64,000 bases of DNA from Macrostomum lignano (Eukaryota). Positions 56,008 to 64,000 of the stretch are shown here, piece by piece. The position numbers were made by a program, and so were the translations under genes. The stretch covers positions 1 to 64,000 of the forward strand of contig NIVC01001079.1 in NCBI GenBank assembly GCA_002269645.1, written 5' to 3'. How positions within the stretch are numbered: the first letter of the stretch is position 1; every line of letters begins with the position of its first letter. The notes beneath the pieces were generated by a model. That model searched no databases. It was not told where the DNA came from and saw only the letters and a program-made list of their open reading frames with translations.

Positions 56008-57824
56008 ACTACTACTCTGTTTTTTCGGGTCGGCATTTTTGCGACTTCCTTGGTTGGCCGCCAAATCGGTCGGCCGGATCGGCCGACTCGGCCGACTGTT
56101 GCGCATGTATGAGAGGATTGAATGCACCTTGGCACTTGCACTTAAATTAACACTGTCACACAACTTGGCAAGTGACACTATTGCCCAATCTGCTAACTTT
56201 CTTGAGCAGACACAATTGCATAGATATGTAGGCATTCCTATACATATATACATGTGCAACACCTTAAATTTTACCTAGACAGTGCAATAAAGGTTTCAAG
56301 AAAAATTACATTGTTTCCAGAAAACCTTATGAGAACCTTAAACCTCTATATAAAATTTAAATATTTCATTGCCCTTTCTTTTTGAGTTGCTTGTTTTTTT
56401 TAAAAAAATGTTTTTTCGTTTCTTATATCTTTCTCTTGTTTTATTCATTTAGTTTTCAATAGTTCACCCTATAAACCACTTTTTAAATTTTTGGTACTTG
56501 GTTAATCAGTCTTGCAATATGCCTACTTAGGCTATCCTATTTGGCTAGGTGTTGCACATGTATATATGCACAGTCAACAAAATGTATGACTGAACTTGAA
56601 ATTAAGCCTGGGCTACTAACTTATAAGAGAACTATGCTAGACTACTAGGCTATGGCCTTTTGTATCTATAGTTAAGATTAGCTAATAGAAAATTAGAACT
56701 CATAATCTTGGGAATGCCTAAAGACTAAACAATTGAATGCTTAGGTAATTGCTAAATGATACAAGAATTATTCTAAAAAACACAAGAAATAGTAGACTGC
56801 TTGGTACATTCTAAAAATATTATCAAAAGTAAATACTAAAAATTCTCCTTAGATTTATACTTAGACTTACATTTAGAATCATACATAGACCTATAATATT
56901 CAGGCCTTATTCTACGCTCAAGCATTGTACGCTCAAGCAGCCTAGTCCGAATGGACACCGGGTTGTAGGCATATGAGGACCATAGCCAGGGTCAGTGCAC
57001 GAACTTGGGTCTGGGAAAGGGGCACGAAAGGACCGAGCCTTGAGCCCCATCACAACAATACCAATTAGCTAAACAATGTCTAGCCTCTTGGACATTGTGT
57101 GCTACTAAGACAATCTATGTTTATGGGAAAGTCTAGAGTAACTAATATAAAATAAGAAAAAAGGGACCTTAGGACAACTTAGTATCTATGGTGAGATTTT
57201 AGAATAGAGGAATTAGAACTGCATCAACTTGGGGTTAGTAGTAGGATAAATACTAAAATAAGCCTCCTTTTTTGCAATGATTTTTTAGCAATTTAGTAGG
57301 ATTTGATTAGATAGGAGTACAACAGCTATAACAACTTGGTGGCATTGCTAAGATTAGACAAATACCCTCTAACAACTTAGTCACCATGGTGAGATATACT
57401 TTGTGAAAAGAGTCAGCCTGTTACAACTTGGTGGCATCATTAGGATCAGGGTGATTTAGAAATAGAAACCTGAGATAGTGCATTGATAATACTGAATATA
57501 TGTTACGTGTTTCTTTTTATGTTTCTTAGAAAGCCTTATTTTAAATCCATGCTAAAAACATTTTTCTTTGTTTAAATGTTGTGAATTACAAAAAAAAATT
57601 TGCAATCAATCTTTGTTATAAACAGTAAAGAATTTTTGTATAAAAAGAAGCCTAGAGCAGGTCAAGAAAGCAACTATCTGCGAGCTAGCAAATTTGCTTA
57701 GCAAACTAATATAATTGTTCTATATTAAAATTGCTATTTGCAGTATTTAAAAGACTCATTCATTTCTTAAAGTTTCAAATTTAAAGCCCCATATTGGGAA
57801 TATCAGAAATCCGCTGAAAGCAAG

Positions 57825-57980
57825 AATCGCCTCAGGGTAGTAATCACTAAAGAGTGGCAGAATTGCCTCAGGGAGTTATCACTATAGTGGCAGAATCTCC
57901 TTGGGGAGTAATCACTATAGAGTGGTAGAATCGCCTTAGAGTAGTAATCACTATAGAGTGGCAGAATTGCCTCAGGGCAG
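57825..57980. repeat. ~38-bp tandem repeat (GTAATCACTATAGAGTGGCAGAATTGCCTC)
   Basis: About 4 units. Confidence 0.75.
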
Positions 57981-59487
57981 TAAAATTGCTTTGAAGCTAT
58001 GATCCCGGGAATGCCCAAGACTGAGAGAGAAATCCCTATAAGGAGTCAATAGTGAAAGTAAAATAGACAGTGCCATTAGACCAATTAGGCCAGAAGTACA
58101 ATACATGTACAAATGCTACCAATAGATAGATATCTGCTACTTATACAAAAGTAGATAGAGAAGTAGATAATCTACCAGTAGACATAAGCATTAAGTACAT
58201 TCATGCGCTACTAGTAAAAGTACATTAATAATTGTCAATAGTTGAACAAATGAATTACCCCCCAGCACAGCTTTTGGTGGCAGCAAATAAGATTATCCCA
58301 GAATAAAGAAGAGAGAAAGCCCTGAGACAGCTTTTGGTGACAGTGAAAAGATTGTTTCAAAGGAAAGAAGTACCTCTGCATCAACTTGGTGGCAGCAGTA
58401 GGATCTTTTATTATATAGGAATCAGCCCTATGTCAAAACCTATAACAAATTGGTAGCAACAATGGAATTATTTAAAAATAGAAACACCCTTGCAATAAAG
58501 ACTTAAAGCCATTAAGGCAATGATTTGATAGGTAGAAAAGATACAATTAATTTTTTTTAGATATGAATGAATACTGCCAATTTTAAGCCTTTGAGAGATA
58601 AGCTTGAAAGTTCCTAGAGAAGTTGAGGACTCAAGCAATTAAGATAGTTATAAACATTTTTTATCTTGTATAAGCTTAATACTTGATTAAAAACTGCCAT
58701 AATTGGCTTTAGCCTTGTATTTATTATAAGACATGATTAATAAGTGGATAGAATGATTCAAAAGGGATATAGAGCTAAACATAATGTTATAATATATATT
58801 AGATTCTATTAGGCCTATATGGTAAGGTTCAGAGTGCTTTTGATTATAAAAGCTCATTAATCCTATTTAAAGGCTTATTATACCTAATATTTAGCCAATA
58901 TACTAGGATAACATTTTTGTACAAAATCGTAGATTCATTCTATGCACACTAAAAGAAACTTGCACACTTGTTTCTACATTGTTAACAAACTTATGCAGCT
59001 ATGCAGACTTTTTATAAAACATCTTATACAATAAGAAAACTGGAAATAAGTATGAACTATTTGAAAAAGTTTGTATTCCACTTATGACACAAACTTTTAG
59101 CATGTAAGAGGCAATTTTAACTTCATAAGAAGGTCATTTATTGTTGAAATCACAAAAAGGTTTTTATTATTAAAACTATAGTAAGTTTTGTTGTCAGATG
59201 TAGAAAAAACTTGCACAAAAAAGTCATTGATTAATTTATTTATAAAGGTAGTGTTCTGCCATAGCCATAGCTATGGCTACAGGATCCTACAGCAAATACA
59301 GTAAAATAGGTGCCTATAGCAGCTGCGGATATGCCTATGGTAGCTAGCTGCCAGAACACTAATAAAAGGACAAGAATAGAATAACAATATCTGTGGTCTA
59401 AAGATTAACATTCCATTTATAATACTCTTTTATAAGAAAAAATAAAAGTTGTATAATTATTGTATCTTGCCACTATTGGAATAGCCT

Positions 59488-60064
59488 CCAGGTTGCGGAT
59501 GGTATGCATGTACGCCGGAACTTTTCCGGCGTACAAAACGGCCACCCTCAGTCCTTGGCGTACACAATCGGCGTACACAACCCCTGGCGCACTTTGTTGG
59601 CGTACACTATTGGTGTACACAAGTAACACAGCCACGCATACTTTTTTGGCGTACAAATTTTGGTGAATCAATTCACGCCGTGCATGAAAATTGTAATGTA
59701 AATTAATGTTTTTACGTAAAGTAAAGGAAAATATATATCGTCAGTGATAAACTTTTTGCTTATTTTAAGTTAAAAAAAATAAAATTAGTGTAAAATTTTG
59801 CTGAAAGTATTAACTTTGCATGATATTTTTGTAGGTGTTGTTTAAGTTTGTTTAAACTGACAATATTCGTAATATTTTAAAGACACTTTTCATACGAAAG
59901 CCTTTCCTAGAAAACTCTACTCGTGAAAACCAAATGACCCTTTTTTTAGGAATTTTTGGTGTACATTTTAGTGCAACTTTTTGTTTTTGGCGTACACTGG
60001 CGTACAAAGTCCTTGACGCCCGAATTTTTTTCCGGCGTACACGGGTACATGGTCCGCACACTGG
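59488..60064. mobile_element. hAT-like MITE (577 bp)
   Basis: Perfect 8-bp TSD AATAGCCT (59480-59487, 60065-60072); imperfect TIRs CCAG..GCGGA..TGTACGCCGG; many CGTACA subterminal motifs. Confidence 0.8.
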
Positions 60065-60208
60065 AATAGCCTAGAATCACCAAAACCTGCAAACACCATG
60101 CAAGGGTACTTCAAAGGGCCACACCTATATAGCCCTATTTGAATAAGTGACTTTGACACTCTTGTGCAGGACTAAGAAAAGTTAAGTTATTTATGTGCAT
60201 ATGCAACT

Positions 60209-60316
60209 GGGTAAATGGCGGGAGACTGAAGGGCAGCACACGCGCAGGTCCACAGTTTTACAACTTTTTCATAGGGGCAAGAGTAACTATGACTATCTTA
60301 TAAAAGATAAATGCCT
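60209..60316 (+). repeat. Degenerate, interrupted 28S rRNA fragment, copy 3
   Basis: gggtaaatggcgggag, ~55-nt spacer, gagtaactatgactatctta...aaatgcc. Confidence 0.65.
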
Positions 60317-61204
60317 TGTTCTGTTGTTTAATTAAAACTACTTTTATATTCTTTTAGTTAGGCATTTTTGTGACTCATCCCTAGTCTACATACTCTACCA
60401 CAATTTATAAACCTAGTTACTGGATCAGTCAGGTTGGCCAGCACTGCCCAGCAGTTAAACATTTATGATATTTCCTTTTCCTATGAAATTTATGCATAGA
60501 AAAAGATTGTAAGATGAAATTATAAATAGTAAAACAGTCTTAGGCTTAAAATGTTACTAATCTAGGCTAGGCCTATCATTGGCAATTAGCATTGTATCTG
60601 GGTGAATAGGCCCAAATATAGGCCTAGGCCAGTAGGCCTTATCCTACCCTAAGCTAAGGCTGGCTAAGCCTATACTATACTAGGCCTACACAATGTCACA
60701 ATGACAATGATCTCTACTACACCCTCCACCCAACAATTTTGAGGTCTTAAATTTAAACTGAATAGGCCTATGCTCTATGCCTATGGGCTATGGCTAAGCA
60801 ATCACAAAAATAATTTCCTAAGCTAATAATAGGCCCCTAATAAAGTAAATATTTTATAATAAAAAGGCCCTAACAATTATACAAAACACAATACACAATT
60901 GTTTAGGCCTAGGCCTATCTATACAATTAACAACTATACAATACACATCACATCCATGCTGCTTTAGTTGAGTGAGTGGCATCTGCTGCCTTTTCATCTG
61001 CCGGCAGAAAAATGACTTTCTAAAAATAAAACCTAAAGAAAAGTTAAATAGATTGTTACATTTTAATAATATATTACGAGACATGTCAAGATTTATCATG
61101 ATTAGATGATCCTTTAGGTGTAATTTTGTTTCTCAAAATATGTCAGAGAAATATGATAACTCTCTATATAATAATTAAAACATCTGGTAAGAAGAGATTG
61201 TCAC

Positions 61205-62637
61205 TGTGACGAATTTAGATCGATTAGTAATGGACGATATCGATGTTGCGTCGGATGTCGAGAGTTTATTTTAATCAATTCACAATTGATTAACAACCTC
61301 GTATGTCTGATACTATAGATAGCAGCAAGCGTAGCGTAGTACTAGTAGTATTGTAATAAGACGGTACAGCATGGAGCTGGAGGAAGGCATGAGCATGAGC
61401 GATCGAGCAAGAAAAAGATTTGATATGTAATATCAATGTAATATGTTTTATATTGAGGTGGGGTGGAGAAAGAAAAAGAAAATAAGATAAGTGGGCCGTC
61501 GGGTTTTGAAGTTGGGTTTCTTAGAAAAACCGATCGGCGTCGCGTTCGCACGAATAAATCCGGAAAATCGTGCAGACGAATCGCAACAAAATCTTTCTCC
61601 TGTTATACTCCGGCAGCCGGGTTCTCAAGTCCAGGGGAGGGTAGTCGTAATCGTAGCGGAGCGGTCGTTAGCGGCACGGTCGTTCAAATGGTAGACACCG
61701 AAGGTTCTGGCGTCGTACTGAGAGCTTATTACTTTCAGTAGGGTAGTTGCTGCCACCACCGTAATTTCGTATTACGGAACGAATGAAGTCTCAGAGCTTT
61801 CGTTGAGATGAGAACTTTGGTTGTTTTACGCCCCACGGGCAAATAACTTAAGATAAGCTATATAGGCTTCTTATTAGTTAATGAAAAAGTACTATTGCTG
61901 AATATTAATTATTATTAACTGAGTGTTGGAAAATAAATAATTAGCAGGCAGGTAATAAATATTACGGTGCGACCAAAATGATTCGACGAGCAGAGCCGGA
62001 AAATAGGAAGAAGCAGACGAGGAGAACAACAACACCAATTCCTCTCTCTCTCTTTTCCTCTCTCTTCAAAAACTGATTAGCAGCGCTTGAAGCATGCAAT
62101 ATAAATTTTAGTTAACATAAATTCCAACAACAGGGGCGAAACTTGGACGGGCAGCTGGGCAGCTGGTTTGGCAAAGGAGTGGGCACAAGGTTGAGCAATA
62201 GCAGTTTACGCAGAAATTAACGAGGAAAAATAACAAAACAGGAGTGGGGAAACATTGATTCAATAGGTGGGACATATATTGGAGGAACAAAAATTGGGAC
62301 AAAGGACAACATCGGGAAAGTGACGAAATAAACAACTATTGAAAAGAAAAATACGCAACATTTCCGGGAGTTGGGGCACGTAATTAATTCTCAGGAACTT
62401 AGTAAATTGAACGCGAAAAAAATATTAAAGGAATTGCAAAATCGAAGTGGCAACCCGACTGCCACAATATACTGCAAGATATTTCTATGAACTATACGGT
62501 ATAGTATAACAAAAAATACGTTAACGCTAAATAAGAAAGTAAATTTAGGTGTAATGATGTAAAAAGAGATAAAAATGCTGCACATGTACGACGCAGAATA
62601 AGAGTTTAGAAGCATAAAAGAAAGTGACATCGTCACA
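61205..62637. mobile_element. Probable solo LTR (~1.43 kb)
   Basis: Ends TGTGACGA...TCGTCACA; flanks gtcac/ctcac form a 4/5 TSD; no coding capacity. Confidence 0.55.
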
Positions 62638-62889
62638 CTCACCATGAACTTGCGACCGAGAGAATGCTTGTATTTGTCAAAGTATCAAGTATATATAGAA
62701 ATAGAAAGTATGCATCCGTGCGAGGGGCGCTGAGCAATTTGATCGCTGAGCAACATGCTGAGCAACATGCTGATCGCTGAGCAACATACAACGTACATGT
62801 ACATGTACATGATTGTGGTTTGGGGATGATTGGGGGTGCGGGGGGAGCATACAATAAAATACAATTACGGCATCTCGATCTCTTTTAAT

Positions 62890-64000
62890 TGGTGAAGCGA
62901 TCGATATTCCATCAGCGCAATTTCTGGCTGATCGGCTTCCTCATGATGTTCTTCGCTACTTTCTTTGACTGCCTTCTCAGCCATCGATCCCGTTTGGATT
63001 GCGCGTATCCGGGTGTCGTCCACGAAACCAAACTGTGAAACTTAAACGAGAGAATGGGGGACCATTAGCACTGACCACTTCTTGGATGATCCCGAACCTG
63101 GCGAACATCGACTACTGATTAATGCGAGCAATTATCGACACCGATCAGCTCCAAACGCCATTGACCCACGTTCCCATTGAAGTCCAGCAGATGACAACCA
63201 ACCTTGTTCCATGGTGTATTCAGAATCTGGCTCCTTCGGGTTGGCCGGCTGAAACGTCTGATGCGTGCTGCAGTGCTTCGTGAAGTTCTTAATGTCCGTT
63301 GATATACCATAGCTGCAGCCAGTATAGAATTTGACGATCGAGCTCAGGCCTCCGTCTTGCCCACACCAAGCATGCAAATGACCTTGTGTAAAAGTTGGAT
63401 GCAGAATCTTCTGCCGCAAGGAGGCTGGAACAATAACTCGATCCAACTTCGTCGGTACGCCATCATATATATTGTAAGTCAAGTCCTCTTTGAATCTCCA
63501 ATGGACGGACAGATAACCAACCTGAACAAACCGCGCGAACAGCGCTGGCTACAACATTCAAGTCCGAATATTTGCGGGTCTCGTCTCGGCCGGATTTCCT
63601 GCAAGCGAATGGCAGAAATCGGGAGGCTCAATTGCTCATCTGATGCACCTCCACCTCGATTTCGTCGTCCAGGAGAGCAGCCTCGGCCTCCGAAAGGTAA
63701 GCTCTTGAAAAGCGTAACGGCAATTAGCATCTTAGATTCCGCTGCCAGAATTACACTCGAATTGTATCTTTTGAGCTGTTCAGTATTCGATCAGAGCAAC
63801 GCGTGGCGGAACATGCAGCAAGTCACGCTTAAAAATAACCTCCAAGGGTCTTGTGGTCTGTAGTCACTCGTACTACACTGGAAGGCCAAAAGTAGTCAGG
63901 AAATTTCTTGCAGGCAATATAACAGCAGCCAGCTAGCAGAGTCCTACTCAATTGCTGCTTCTCTTGACAGTCGAAAACACCTATGAGCAGTGCACGAAGA
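62890..64000 (-). mobile_element. Decayed Ty3/Gypsy pol (RNase H, integrase Zn finger, integrase core)
   Basis: Frameshifted minus-strand motifs: TTDHK, RVIVPASLRQKIL..GH, DIKNFTKHC..QP..PKEP, PWNKVG, FARFGI..VVS.NGP; RH-INT order. Confidence 0.8.

Noticed and set aside
56940-57060. GC-rich structured-looking patch, possibly a ribozyme or retroposon 3' end
   Set aside because: No hammerhead (CTGATGA/GAAA) or HDV core could be assembled by eye, and no TSD was found.
57160-58470. Recurring ACAACTTGGTGGCA-like motifs
   Set aside because: Old degenerate tandem repeat with irregular spacing; no further structure supportable.

Overview
Eukaryotic, repeat-rich animal DNA. The GC-rich exons and a separate minisatellite in almost every intron resemble the flatworm Macrostomum lignano; this species call is an inference. 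Genes: (1) the 3' part of a TRPM2-like channel with a C-terminal NUDT9-H domain (+ strand, about 21 exons, 2273-31732; the 5' end lies outside the window), carrying a 1-nt frameshift at about 12591 and an intronic tRNA-Arg(CCT); (2) an intronless FMRFamide-receptor-like class A GPCR (-); (3) BRD8 (-, 3 coding exons); (4) ABCF1 (-, 4 coding exons); (5) an intronless, divergent Polo-like kinase (+). Mobile DNA includes a 1.85-kb Foldback-type palindrome, MITEs, a CORE-like tRNA SINE, a TSD-flanked retroposon fragment, a solo LTR and a decayed Ty3/Gypsy pol. Most interesting: three dispersed relics of the 28S rRNA helix-69/R2-target segment (one antisense in the ABCF1 3'UTR); a TRPM2 whose Nudix box is erased; a PLK lacking the T210 site and the polo-box His/Lys pincer; a tandem RFX X-box array upstream of BRD8; and a run of six symmetric phase-1 exons inserted in the TRPM N-terminal domain. 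All exon models were built by hand from splice signals and frame continuity.
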